From NCBI GenBank assembly GCA_001793235.1, contig MGHM01000020.1, positions 33,677 to 97,676 on the forward strand: DNA of 64,000 nt. The letters are read 5' to 3'. Shown one piece after another: positions 9,538 through 19,054 of the stretch. The notes below the pieces were generated by a model. It saw only the letters and a list, made by a program, of their open reading frames with translations. It was not told the DNA's origin and did no database searches. The translations under genes were made by a program, and so were the position numbers. Position 1 is the first letter of the stretch. Every line of letters begins with the position of its first letter. Source of the DNA: Candidatus Woesebacteria bacterium RIFCSPLOWO2_01_FULL_44_24b (GTDB lineage Bacteria; Patescibacteriota; Microgenomatia; UBA8517).

Positions 9538-10923
9538 TTTTGGAATTCCACTTCCTTAAACACTGAGTATACATTTTGGGACCTTAACTGACGGTCTGGG
9601 TTGTTTCCCTTTCGTCTCTAGAGCTTAGCCCCTAGAGACTGTCTAGTCCGTTAATGTGATTGTAATTCGGAGTTTGATTAAATCGCCTTGGTTTCCCTTG
9701 GCGACCCATTCAGTAGCTCTACCTCCAATCCACCTAGCGGACCACGGTGCCCATACACCTTTCGGGGAGAACCAGCTATCTCCAGGCTCGTTTGGCATTT
9801 TACCCCTAGCCACAAGTCATCCGAGCATATTGCAACATACAACGGTTCGGCCCTCCTTCCCGCTTTCGCGGGAATTCAGCCTGCTCATGGCTAGATCGCC
9901 TGGTTTCGGGTCTATCATGCACTACTAATTGCACTATTAGTACTCGCTTTCGCTGCGCTTTTGAGCCATAAGCCCTTAAGCTTGCAGTACACGATAACTC
10001 GCCGGTTCATTCTTCAATAGGCACGAGATCACTCGCGCTCTGCGCGAAAGTTACGAAGTGATTAAGTTAATAAGTTATTAAGTTTTGTTTTACTTAATCT
10101 CTTAATCGCTTAATGTCTTCATATCTTTTGTGCAAAGCACAAGCTCTCTCGGTTTGTCTGCAAACAGTTTCATGTTCTATTTCACTGTGCGTTCCGCACT
10201 TCTTTTCACCTTTCCCTCTCGGTACTTGTTCACTATCGGTCCTTTGTTATATTTAGCCTTGGAGGATGGTCCCCCCAGATTCCCACAGATTGTGACCGTG
10301 GTACTCAGGTGCCCACTAGGCTGATAATTAGTTTTGCTTACGCGAGTTTCACGCTCTTTGCTCATCCATTCCAGAATGTTCTGCTACCAATTATCAATGC
10401 CATATCGTGAGTCCTACAACCGATCACCCCATTAGATAAAAATATCTAACGGGGCAAAATTTGGGCTGTTGCCGTTTCGCTCGCCGCTACTTAGGCAATC
10501 TCGTTGATTTCTCTTCCTCACCCTACTTAGATGTTTCAGTTCGGATGGTTCCCTCGCCTGCAGCTATATTCCGGTAAACCGGAAATTTTACCACAGTGTG
10601 GCCCAGGATGAACTGGGCCAGGTTTCCCCATTCGGACACCGCCGGATCAAAGCTTCGTGGCAGCTCCCCGACGACTTTCGCGGCCATGTACGTCCTTCAT
10701 AGGTAACAAAGGCCAAGGTATCCACTGTTTGCATTTTTTAGACGCTTGATTCCGTACAATCCCGCTGAGCGGGACGGACACAACTCCCTCGAGTTGTATA
10801 CGGAATCGCCTTTTCTTCCAGTTGTCAAAGTACAAAATATTAGAGTTAAAGAGTAAAAGAGTAAAAGGTAAAAGTTTGGTCTTTCACTCTCTTGCTCTCT
10901 CGCTCTTTCACTCTAAGTGGGTG

Positions 10924-10997
10924 GACCTGGGCGGACTCGAACCGCCTACCTCCTCATTGCAAATGAGGTGTTCAAACCTGCTAAACTTCAGGCCCAA
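10924..10997 (-). tRNA. tRNA-Ala (anticodon UGC)
   Basis: Reverse complement 'GGGCCTGAAGTTTAGCAGGTTTGAACACCTCATTTGCAATGAGGAGGTAGGCGGTTCGAGTCCGCCCAGGTCCA' folds as a cloverleaf with a G3:U70 pair and anticodon loop 'TTTGCAA'; it sits immediately upstream of the 23S gene. Confidence 0.85.
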
Positions 10998-11040
10998 GTC
11001 TTACAGATTTTAAAAATAAATGTGCATGGTTTTTTCTTCG
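10998..11040 (-). promoter_or_regulatory. Candidate promoter region for the tRNA-Ala/23S/5S unit
   Basis: AT-rich segment 'catgcacatttatttttaaaatctgtaagactt' with a -10-like 'TAAAAT' ~12 nt upstream of the tRNA-Ala 5' end, lying downstream of the upstream gene's terminator. Confidence 0.3.
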
Positions 11041-11075
11041 AAACAAAAAACCGAGCTTCTAAGCTCGGCAATCCA
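11041..11075 (-). terminator. Rho-independent terminator for the 11186-12436 gene
   Basis: Minus-strand sense 'CCGAGCTTAGAAGCTCGG' is an 8-bp GC-rich stem, followed by 'TTTTTTGTTTCG'. Confidence 0.6.
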
Positions 11076-11185
11076 TGAGTCCTATCCTTTTTCAGGCACG
11101 CACTAGGTGCGGCTTTGTTGTAATAGCAGATTAAAAGAAATTCTCATTAAGTTTCCGAACTTAGGTAAAAAGTATTATATAGTAC

Positions 11186-12436
11186 TTACAGAGCCCCGTC
11201 AACCAAGCTCCAAATGTCCCTGACTCCATCGCTTTTTGGCTTTCTTGGGGAGCTCATCATCTTTTCAAAGACTCCCGCCTTCAAGCACCATTGTATAAAT
11301 TCTGCAGATTTTTTGGGGTTTGCCATCAGTGGTATGCCTCGCCATTTTTTCGCTTTAGCTATCACACTCTTGTCTCTCGCCCAGAGCCGTTCTTGCTCTT
11401 CTTTTGATGGAATTAAATTGTTCCTAGCCAGAAACCAGAGATTATCATACTCCTGCCTCCCAACGGGTTGAGTAAAAAGAAGGATTACGCCACCTGTTTG
11501 CCTTGGAGTATAAAGGGCCTTAAAGGCCTGCTCGCTTGGCTTGGTCACCTCAAGTGCAAGTGTATTTTTTTGCATTACCTTCTCATAGCCCACTACCACC
11601 AGTCTGTCGTAGGAATGGCTATAAACTTCGGTGTATGCAAGCTTACCCATCTCAGCCAAAAACTGCTTAGTATAGGCCGAGTCCCTCGAGGTCACATAAA
11701 ACCTGAAACGGCTCTCAAGCTCATTTAGCCTCATGGCAAGTTCGCGGTAGAAATCAAGCCCAACGGCCGCACCTGAAACCGGCAAGCTCACTTTTATTTT
11801 GACCTTACTTTGAGCTTGAGCCTGCTTAAACTTGTACTCAAACTTGGACTCTTTGAGCTCATGCCCGAGTTTCAGGCTCAAGGGATAATGAACTACCTCA
11901 GTGTGAGGAGCGCCAAGCCTGAGCCCAGTGAGCCTACTCGGAACTATGGTGAGGTCAGCCCCGGGTACGCTCCAGGCTTGTTGGGGGCTATCATCGGTAA
12001 CGACCACAACGAGCTTGACCTCAAATCCTTCAGCCTCAAGGTCAGGTTTGATGGCACTAATCTGGTGGGCTAGCCCAAAGTGCGTAGACACAAATACCAC
12101 TCGTTTGGGGCTGGGCTTAAGGCCTGTGAGCATAGCCTCAACCTGAGGCTGAAGTGCCTTCGCCCTTAGCCTCAAGATGTGTGTATAAATGCTCGTGAAA
12201 ACACGCTCAGCAACCCCGTACTGCAGGGCTTCGGCAAGCTCACGGAAAACCGGATTATTTGAGCTCAGGCGGTGCATAAAAGTGGTGGTCGAGTCCAACG
12301 AGCTAAATAAGCTCACCCTAGCACCCTTGGGCAAGCCCTCCATCAAGGCATAAGCTACTCGAAGGTGCCCAAGGCCAGCCTTGGCAAAAGTAAGCACAAT
12401 GAGCGTGTCGGGTGAGGTAAGATTTTCGAGAGCCAT
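11186..12436 (-). CDS. Hypothetical protein, possibly a GT-B fold glycosyltransferase (MurG/MGDG-synthase-like)
   Basis: 416-aa ORF with the N-terminus 'LIVLTFAKAGLGHLRVAYALMEGL', a Rossmann-like start with a conserved His. GC content is visibly higher than in surrounding genes. The assignment is weak. Confidence 0.45.
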   Translation of the reverse strand: MALENLTSPDTLIVLTFAKAGLGHLRVAYALMEGLPKGARVSLFSSLDSTTTFMHRLSSNNPVFRELAEALQYGVAERVFTSIYTHILRLRAKALQPQVEAMLTGLKPSPKRVVFVSTHFGLAHQISAIKPDLEAEGFEVKLVVVVTDDSPQQAWSVPGADLTIVPSRLTGLRLGAPHTEVVHYPLSLKLGHELKESKFEYKFKQAQAQSKVKIKVSLPVSGAAVGLDFYRELAMRLNELESRFRFYVTSRDSAYTKQFLAEMGKLAYTEVYSHSYDRLVVVGYEKVMQKNTLALEVTKPSEQAFKALYTPRQTGGVILLFTQPVGRQEYDNLWFLARNNLIPSKEEQERLWARDKSVIAKAKKWRGIPLMANPKKSAEFIQWCLKAGVFEKMMSSPRKPKSDGVRDIWSLVDGAL

Positions 12437-12487
12437 AATTCAGTTTACATTATTGACAAACATACATACATATGTAATTATGTATGT

Positions 12488-12748
12488 ATGCCAAACCTAG
12501 TCAGAACGACCATCTTACTTCCCGAAGATTTAGCTCAAGCAGCCAAGATGAAGGCATTACAAGAGAAAAAATCCCTCAGCGAGCTGATTCGCGAGACACT
12601 TGAGCCCAGAGTTTCCGGAGCCAAACCTGCTAAACCAGCTGGCGACCCAATGGCCAGCTTGGGAGTGTTTAAGATTGGAATCGATAAAATATACAACAGA
12701 CGATCTGAGCTATATGAAGAGCACCTCCAAAACAAACTCAGTGGCTAA
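12488..12748 (+). CDS. Ribbon-helix-helix antitoxin (VapB/CopG-like)
   Basis: 86-aa protein 'MPNLVRTTILLPEDLAQAAKMKALQEKKSLSELIRETL' with an RHH signature; its stop codon overlaps the downstream PIN-domain gene start. Confidence 0.55.
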   Translation: MPNLVRTTILLPEDLAQAAKMKALQEKKSLSELIRETLEPRVSGAKPAKPAGDPMASLGVFKIGIDKIYNRRSELYEEHLQNKLSG

Positions 12749-13178
12749 ACAAGTACTTTTCGACACAAATGTGCTTATATATTCGCTCGACTCAGCATCG
12801 CCTCAATTTGAGGCTGTGCGCAAATTGTTTGCCAGAGTAAAAAATGGTGAGATTGAGGCTGTTGCCGCTCATCAAAACATCGTTGAGACAGAAAATGTAC
12901 TCGTCAATATCTATAAGAAGAGCTTAGATGAGGCAAGAGACGCAATTGACAATGTCTTGTTTAGCTTCAATTTCAGCTTAATCTGTCCGCTTCCGAGCAC
13001 AATTTCGTTATATCACAGACTAATCCAAAGGTACTCAAGCAAGACTAAAATTGATATCTATGATATTTATTTAGCCTCGACTACGCTCGTTAACGGAGTA
13101 GACTCGATAGCAACATACAATACCAAGCATTTCGAAGGCCTTGGGATTACTGTTATTTCTCCTGGAATTGGTACTTGA
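12742..13178 (+). CDS. PIN-domain ribonuclease toxin (VapC family)
   Basis: 'VAKQVLFDTNVLIYSLD...' is a PIN N-terminal motif with conserved acidic residues. GTG at 12742 overlaps the antitoxin stop codon ('GTGGCTAA'); an alternative in-frame ATG lies at 12714. Confidence 0.65.
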
Positions 13179-13335
13179 CACCTATCACTCTCTGTTGTAT
13201 ATTGCTAACTATCAATTAGTACTTCTTTAATCTTCTATATAACGATTAGCTTAATCTACTAAATAAATATTAGATTTTAAACATCCATTTGATTTTCCCG
13301 GAGCGGGGTTTTTGTTTCAATAGACTTGTTTTAGA

Positions 13336-13376
13336 GGAGGGGCATCCTGTTCCTTTTGGGAACAGGGCTCCCCTTC
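13336..13376. terminator. Long imperfect hairpin between convergent genes (candidate bidirectional terminator)
   Basis: 'ggaggggcatcctgttcc ttttg ggaacagggctcccc' has an 8-bp perfect inner stem plus a GC-rich extension, followed by a second hairpin 'tctgagacacagtctcaga'. Confidence 0.3.
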
Positions 13377-13514
13377 TGAGACACAGTCTCAGAACTTTTC
13401 CATCGGAAACGAACAATAGAAAGGTAAACAATTGCTGTTTACTCATTACTATTTATTAGTGACCGGTGAAGTACCTTAACATTGCAAGCGATTCTGTGAA
13501 GCTCATCAAAGAGC

Positions 13515-14084
13515 CTAACTCTTTTTGCTAAATGGCAGTAAATCTTTTTTGGTAAGAAGTACGGAGCGAAGGCAAGTTTTCAAAAGTGCATAGCTGGGCT
13601 TAGCCTGAAAGCCAATGTAACAAATAGTTTTCCCGGCCGCCTGGCATTCAGAAACTGCTGGAATTAAATCCGAGTCGGAGCTAATTAAATATGCGGTGTC
13701 GTATTTATCACGAAAGGCACCAACCAAAAGTCGGGTTGCGATATTTACATCAACGCCCTTTTTGTGGTAAGCCTTAGCAACCTTAAGCATATAACCAAGC
13801 TATACCTCAATGCCTTGACCAATAAGATTGCCAACAAGAATATTCTGAGAGCGAAATAGTTCGTAACTTTTAGGATTATTTCTCTCAGTTCTGATAGCGC
13901 CGACAAAATAAACCGAACGTATCAGTTTTTCGGTCTTAACCAGAGACTTAAAAAAGCCCATATATGAAAACTTAAGGCTACCTCTGATACCAAGATCTTT
14001 AAGGCGGTGGTAAAAATTACTGCCGTCCACAAAGACAACTGCACGAGGTTTGGAGGATTTCTTGCTCATTATTAAATGTAGCAC
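13515..14084 (-). pseudogene. NYN/LabA-like (PIN-related) domain gene interrupted by a single in-frame TAG
   Basis: ORFs 13800-14084 ('AVVFVDGSNFYH...YFVGA...') and 13515-13790 ('KKGVDVNIATRLL...AYLISSDSDLIPAV...GKTICYIGF') are in the same frame and together form one LabA/NYN domain. They are separated only by TAG (13800-13802) plus three codons ('IEV*LGYMLKV'). TAG is used as a normal stop elsewhere, for example in radA. Confidence 0.6.
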
Positions 14085-14299
14085 AAAAATACCCCGTGAC
14101 TAAAAAATCACGGGGGGAGTTAGTAAAAGTATAGTAGCAAAAAGAAGTTGATATTTCAAGTATTAAAAAGGCTTATACAGGCTTTTTGACGAGCTTCACA
14201 GTAAGAAAGCCCCACGTCGCTCCATTCGGAGCTATGTTAGGGGTGAAAAAAGAAAGAAGTGCTCGCCATGTGGCGAAGCTTTACGTGGACTTCTTGTGG

Positions 14300-14420
14300 G
14301 TCACACAGAGGTTAGGAATGAAGTAGCAAGTAGAATGTAGAAAGTAGTATGGGAATTTTGTATCTCCCTTGCTACATGCTTCATGCTACATACTACATGT
14401 TTCCTAGCTTCTCTGTGACT
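14300..14420. repeat. ORF-less inverted-repeat copy of the heptamer-repeat IVS-cassette ends, with an extra outer inverted repeat
   Basis: Left arm 14321-14357 'aagtagcaagtagaatgtagaaagtagtatgggaatt' and right arm 14371-14400 'gctacatgcttcatgctacatactacatg' are inverted copies of the inverted repeats flanking 57583-57951. An outer imperfect inverted repeat flanks them ('tcacacagag', 14301-14310; 'ctctgtgact', 14411-14420). Confidence 0.5.
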
Positions 14421-14460
14421 CAATAAGGAGTTCACTAATCATGTCCAAGGAGGACAAGAA

Positions 14461-15777
14461 ATGCGTACATGGATTATCGGATTAATTGTGGTAGTCGCCA
14501 CACTTTCTGTCGGCCTACTGCCAGCAATGGCGTGGGATGGGCATGTCGATGTATCTTATTCGTGCGACGGCGGGCTCACGTATTACGAGGCTTCTGCTTC
14601 GTCGTCGTGGCCTGGTTTTCAGGTTGATTGGGGGGGAGATTCCCATCGAGGGAGTCTCTCTGAAGGAGAATCTGCATCAGGCACAGCCGTGTTTTTCTGG
14701 CCGGAAGTAGGTCATCACTTTACGGCTTCATGGTCGGCAGAATTTCAGGTAGAATGCCAATCTGAAGAACCAAACCATCCGCCACGGCGCACCGTTGTGC
14801 ACCACAACAACCGACCTCGCCCATTCAACACAATGTGCGTTTTGAACAACCCAGATGGGCTGTTCTCAAGCGGTGGCGTTGAGGGGCTCAACGGCGCGTT
14901 CTGGACCTACCAGAATGATGGCGGCTATGAGGGGAACCTTGTGGTTGCAAACATCAACTGGCGAACGTCTGACGGCACAAGTTTCGTGCTAGCGGGAGAC
15001 CCTTCTGGGAATTCCACACAGGCTAGGGTTGTCGACTTAGACAACGCCAATCCCTGGTCACGCTGTGAGTTGGTTCAGCCCGAGTCGCAAGGCCAAGGTG
15101 GTGGTCCAGCAAATCTTCCTGAAATTCAGGATTGGTGGTGGGACGTAGTCTACACCAAGGAAGAGGCTGAACTTATCTACTTGCGAGTGTCGAACATTTT
15201 TGAGGATGAACGTGATCCTGCATTCTGCTGGGAACACGCTCCTGAAAAACCACCCGCGTGGGTACGTGTCCGTATCATGAATGGTGAGGAGCTCATCATG
15301 AGTTTCGAGCCGACTTTCATTGAGACGGAGCGCCGGCCCAACAATATTAGTTGCTGGGAATGGGAGTACAACCTTCTACCTGATTGGCATGTGCTTTATG
15401 ACGCCCAGTTCGTAGGGGTTCCGCTTATCACTGAGCGAGTCGACATCTCATATCGTGGGATGGAAAAACCGGCAGCTGGATGGTGGAATGTTCACGAAGA
15501 AGGTCTGGCTCTCTACCCCGGTGACGATGAGTCCCTGCTGTCAGCAGAGATGAACTTCGCACTCAATATTGAGAGCGAAGAAGTTGCTAAAGTAGAAGCC
15601 GAAGAAACGGTAGAATACACCGTTGTCCCAACAGACACGCTGAGCGGCATTTGTGCGCAATTCGGCGCAAACCAGATTTATGGCCAGTCAGGCTGTATCG
15701 AGCAGGTCAAACTGCTTAATGGCCTTGAAGGGTCAATGATCACGGTTGGCCAGGTGCTGATCGTCCCGCAAAGCTAG
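14461..15777 (+). CDS. Secreted protein with a C-terminal LysM peptidoglycan-binding domain
   Basis: Signal peptide 'MRTWIIGLIVVVATLSVGLLPAMA'; a Shine-Dalgarno sequence 'aaggagga' upstream; the C-terminus 'YTVVPTDTLSGICAQFGANQ...VKLLNGLEGSMITVGQVLIVP' is a LysM domain. GC content and codon usage are atypically high for this window. Confidence 0.7.
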   Translation: MRTWIIGLIVVVATLSVGLLPAMAWDGHVDVSYSCDGGLTYYEASASSSWPGFQVDWGGDSHRGSLSEGESASGTAVFFWPEVGHHFTASWSAEFQVECQSEEPNHPPRRTVVHHNNRPRPFNTMCVLNNPDGLFSSGGVEGLNGAFWTYQNDGGYEGNLVVANINWRTSDGTSFVLAGDPSGNSTQARVVDLDNANPWSRCELVQPESQGQGGGPANLPEIQDWWWDVVYTKEEAELIYLRVSNIFEDERDPAFCWEHAPEKPPAWVRVRIMNGEELIMSFEPTFIETERRPNNISCWEWEYNLLPDWHVLYDAQFVGVPLITERVDISYRGMEKPAAGWWNVHEEGLALYPGDDESLLSAEMNFALNIESEEVAKVEAEETVEYTVVPTDTLSGICAQFGANQIYGQSGCIEQVKLLNGLEGSMITVGQVLIVPQS

Positions 15778-16308
15778 TCTCACTAAAAAGTGAAACGAAC
15801 ACCTCCCTTTCCATTTGCAATAGAACGCAAATCCGAATACTACGCTTGAAAGACAACGTGGCTAGCCTTTACGGCAAGTAGGATTATGCAGTCTATAGCA
15901 TACAACGATAGCCGCTAACACAGGGCGAATCAGGGACTTGTTAGTAGTTTTACTTCTCTTTCTTTCCTAGCTTCGGCTAGTTAAATCGCATTGCAACTCG
16001 CTCAGCTTAAGCTGACGCACGAAATTTCCGTTCGCGGAAACTGGTGCTCGGTCTAAGATCCGTAGCGAGTTTGACTTTATTTCAGGTGGAGATAGCTCTG
16101 CTTGAGGAAGATTGGAAATTTGGGAAATCCGTGCGGATTTCATTTTAGGAATTTATTCCTAATCTCTAAACCATTTTCTCCTTTCATCTTTTCCTCTCGC
16201 CTCTCTATCTCCCCCTGTACCATTTACCGGTGTATGCCGGTACTGAAGAGCTCAAAAGAGCGAAATGGTAGTACTTTAAAATCTAAAACGAAGTTGGTAT
16301 ATTGGAGT

Positions 16309-16623
16309 ATGGCAAAGAGGAGAACGCTGACTCAGGCCGATGTTGATGTTTTGAAAAAAGAAGTCTCATCTGCGGTATTGAAAGCAGTAGTACCTCAGAT
16401 AAAGACAGCCGTGTCTTTGGTAATAACAACGGAGTTATCCGAACAGGAAGAAAAATACGAGAAGAAGCTCGAGGAGTTCAAAAGCGAGTTCTTTGACAGG
16501 GTTGATCCTATTCTCAAGGAAGTTCCTGCAAGCCGTGAAGAACGGACAGTTCAGGCACATCAAATCGCCAATCTTTCAGACAGAGTTGAGAAGGTTGAAA
16601 AACACCTCGGACTGGCAGCTTAA
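16309..16623 (+). CDS. Hypothetical coiled-coil protein
   Basis: 'MAKRRTLTQADVDVLKKEV...EEKYEKKLEEFKSEFFDRV...' is charged and helical. The ORF-track entry (16102-16623) probably overextends the 5' end, and the start codon is uncertain. Confidence 0.35.
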   Translation: MAKRRTLTQADVDVLKKEVSSAVLKAVVPQIKTAVSLVITTELSEQEEKYEKKLEEFKSEFFDRVDPILKEVPASREERTVQAHQIANLSDRVEKVEKHLGLAA

Positions 16624-16740
16624 CCCAACTTCATAATAGTGAGTAGTGCAAAATGGTTAGCCATTTCTAGTTGACCATTTTTCATTACTCACTACCCAGT
16701 TATAACAAATACTAGATAGTAGAATTACTAGATAACAAAA

Positions 16741-16770
16741 ATCCCCCATCGAAAGGTGGGGGATTTTTTG
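16741..16770 (+). terminator. Rho-independent terminator
   Basis: 'ATCCCCCATC gaaa GGTGGGGGAT' is a 10-bp stem, followed by 'TTTTTTG'. Upstream at 16634-16700 lies a separate 20-nt inverted repeat ('tagtgagtagtgcaaaatgg' / 'ccatttttcattactcacta'). Confidence 0.55.
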
Positions 16771-16821
16771 TGGCTTAAATTTACTTATCAGCCTCGGTAT
16801 GGTACTATTTTCGTACTTCTG

Positions 16822-16893
16822 GGGTGCGTGGCTCAGTGGTAGAGCGTCGTCCTGATAAGACGAAGGTCGATGGTTCGATCCCATCCGCACCCA
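16822..16893 (+). tRNA. tRNA-Ile (anticodon GAU)
   Basis: 'GGGTGCGTGGCTCAGTGGTAGAGCGTCGTCCTGATAAGACGAAGGTCGATGGTTCGATCCCATCCGCACCCA' has anticodon loop 'CTGATAA'. This is the tRNA normally found in the 16S-23S spacer; here it is on the strand opposite to the rRNA genes. Confidence 0.85.
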
Positions 16894-16921
16894 CCCAACC
16901 TACTTCTGATACAATTAAATC

Positions 16922-19054
16922 ATGGCTGAGCTAACTACTCTTTTTCTCAAAGTCCCCCGCGGCAATGAATATACTCCTGAGGCGGCGCAGACTTTTTTAT
17001 CCGCCTTAACCCAGCTTAATTTTCTTTCCCGCTGGGAAAGACTCACCGGCAGGCACCCTCAGCCTTTGGCCCTTGAGATTGTCCTTCATAACCAACAAAT
17101 CCGCTTTATGATTGCCGCAGACGCGGAGCTTGCGCCATTTGTGGAGGCGCAGCTCCAAAGTAACTACCCCCTCGTTATAGTCGAAAAAACTAAAGACCCA
17201 TTGTCTCAAGCAGGAATTTTAAACACGCAAACATTAAAACTTGCCCACGGCAATTACTATCCACTTATGACTTACCCCAGTTTTACCGATGTGGACCCGT
17301 TAAGCTCGGTGCTTACAGTTTTGTCCAAAGCCCCGGCGGAGGAGCTAATAATAATTCAAATTGCGCTCGAGGCAATAAGCGGCTCGTGGCAGCAGGCTAC
17401 TCAAAAAACTCTTGAGCGTGGCATTCGTGACCGCGAAGGCAACACCACTCCCCTTCCGGACGCCGCGATTATAAATGAGAAAATAAGTTTTCCCGGCTTT
17501 GGAGTGACTTTGCGAATTGCAGCCAAGCAAAAACATACACTAAATACTTTAGTCAGTGCCTTTGGGGTATTTACAAAAACGGGCGGCAATTCCATTTCTG
17601 TTAAAAAGAAGGGCTTGCTTTCCAAAGACCGGACGCTTGATTACCTTGTTTCAAGGCGCGTTAGCGGAAGCGATGTTTTAAATATTGCCGAGCTCGCGAC
17701 TCTTTGGCACTTGCCAAGCGAGAAAGTCAAAATCAGCTCGATTGTCTGGGGCAATGCAGTCCTTTCAGAGGCTCCGGACAACTTGCCATCGGCCCTTGGA
17801 ATGAGCGAGGATGAGCGCAAGGAAGTCAACTTTTTTGCCAAAACTCAGTTTAAAAATACCGAGGCGATATTCGGGCTAAAGGATGTGGACCGCAGGCGCC
17901 ACGTCTGGGTTGTCGGCAAAACCGGAACCGGTAAGTCAACTCTCATTGCCAACATGGTTATTGATGACCTGAAAAAAGGCCGGGGTGTGGCAGTCATTGA
18001 CCCACATGGCGACCTTTGCGAGACGGTCCTCAACTACATTCCAAAAAACAGGATTAACGAAACTATATACTTTAACCCGGCGGACAGAGATTATCCAATT
18101 GTCATTAATCCCCTGGAAGTAAACACCAAAGAGGAAGCGGAGCTTGTAGTTTCCGGGCTTATGTCAATTTTTACCAAAGTCTGGGCCAACGTCTGGTCTG
18201 CCCGCATGGAGTATATACTTAGAAACTCGCTTCTGAGTTTAGCCGAAATCCCGGGTTCAACGTTGATTGATGTCTTGAGGCTTCTGTCCGAAGAAGATTA
18301 TAGAAACAAAATGGTTCAGAAAATGCATGACGAGACCTTGAAAAGCTTCTGGGTCAATGAATTTAATAAAATGCCAGACAAACTCCGCGCCGAGGCAGTC
18401 TCGCCGATTCAAAACAAAGTCGGCCAATTTGTGACTTCCCCCATGGTAAGGAGTATCTTAAGCCAGTCAAAAAGCACAATATCTCTGGGACAGGTTATGG
18501 ACCGCGGCATGATATTTTTGGCCAACCTTTCCCAGGGGCGCTTGGGCGAGGACAATGCGGCCTTACTCGGGGCAACTCTCATCACTAAGTTTCAACTGGC
18601 CGCAATGCACAGGGTTGATGTCCCCGAGAGTGAGCGCCATGATTTCCACTTGTTTGTGGATGAGTTCCAAAATTTTGCAACTGACAGCTTCATCAAAATT
18701 CTCTCAGAAGCCCGGAAATACAGGCTTAACTTGATGCTTGCCAACCAATACATGGGGCAAATTCCAGAGGGTGTCCAGAAGGCAATTTTAGGAAATGCCG
18801 GTTCACTCGTGAGCTTTTCGGTTGGTGCTGACGACGCGGCCATTATTCACAAAGAATATGCCGAGGTTTTCTCACAAAATGATTTGGTGAATTTGGCGAA
18901 CTTCCAGATTGCGGTGAAGCTTATGATTGATGGCCACAGCACCCGACCGTTTCTGGCCCACACTCTCCCGCTCCCTGCATCAAGTAACCTGAATAAACAA
19001 AAAGTATTGGAGGTTTCAAGACAGAGATGGAGTAAGAAGATTAAAGAGGGTTAG
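16922..19054 (+). CDS. FtsK/TraD/HerA-superfamily P-loop ATPase (TrwB/TraD-type coupling-protein-like ATP-binding domain; no N-terminal transmembrane segment)
   Basis: Walker A 'VVGKTGTGKSTLIAN' followed by 'VAVIDPHGDL', and Walker B 'HLFVDEFQNFAT'; 710 aa. The architecture matches conjugative coupling-protein or DUF87-type ATPases. Confidence 0.6.
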   Translation: MAELTTLFLKVPRGNEYTPEAAQTFLSALTQLNFLSRWERLTGRHPQPLALEIVLHNQQIRFMIAADAELAPFVEAQLQSNYPLVIVEKTKDPLSQAGILNTQTLKLAHGNYYPLMTYPSFTDVDPLSSVLTVLSKAPAEELIIIQIALEAISGSWQQATQKTLERGIRDREGNTTPLPDAAIINEKISFPGFGVTLRIAAKQKHTLNTLVSAFGVFTKTGGNSISVKKKGLLSKDRTLDYLVSRRVSGSDVLNIAELATLWHLPSEKVKISSIVWGNAVLSEAPDNLPSALGMSEDERKEVNFFAKTQFKNTEAIFGLKDVDRRRHVWVVGKTGTGKSTLIANMVIDDLKKGRGVAVIDPHGDLCETVLNYIPKNRINETIYFNPADRDYPIVINPLEVNTKEEAELVVSGLMSIFTKVWANVWSARMEYILRNSLLSLAEIPGSTLIDVLRLLSEEDYRNKMVQKMHDETLKSFWVNEFNKMPDKLRAEAVSPIQNKVGQFVTSPMVRSILSQSKSTISLGQVMDRGMIFLANLSQGRLGEDNAALLGATLITKFQLAAMHRVDVPESERHDFHLFVDEFQNFATDSFIKILSEARKYRLNLMLANQYMGQIPEGVQKAILGNAGSLVSFSVGADDAAIIHKEYAEVFSQNDLVNLANFQIAVKLMIDGHSTRPFLAHTLPLPASSNLNKQKVLEVSRQRWSKKIKEG

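Noticed and set aside
13800-13802. In-frame TAG in the NYN gene as evidence of an alternative genetic code
   Set aside because: TAG, TAA and TGA all terminate well-supported genes in this window (for example radA ends in TAG), so the standard code applies. The interrupted gene is more simply a pseudogene or a sequencing error.
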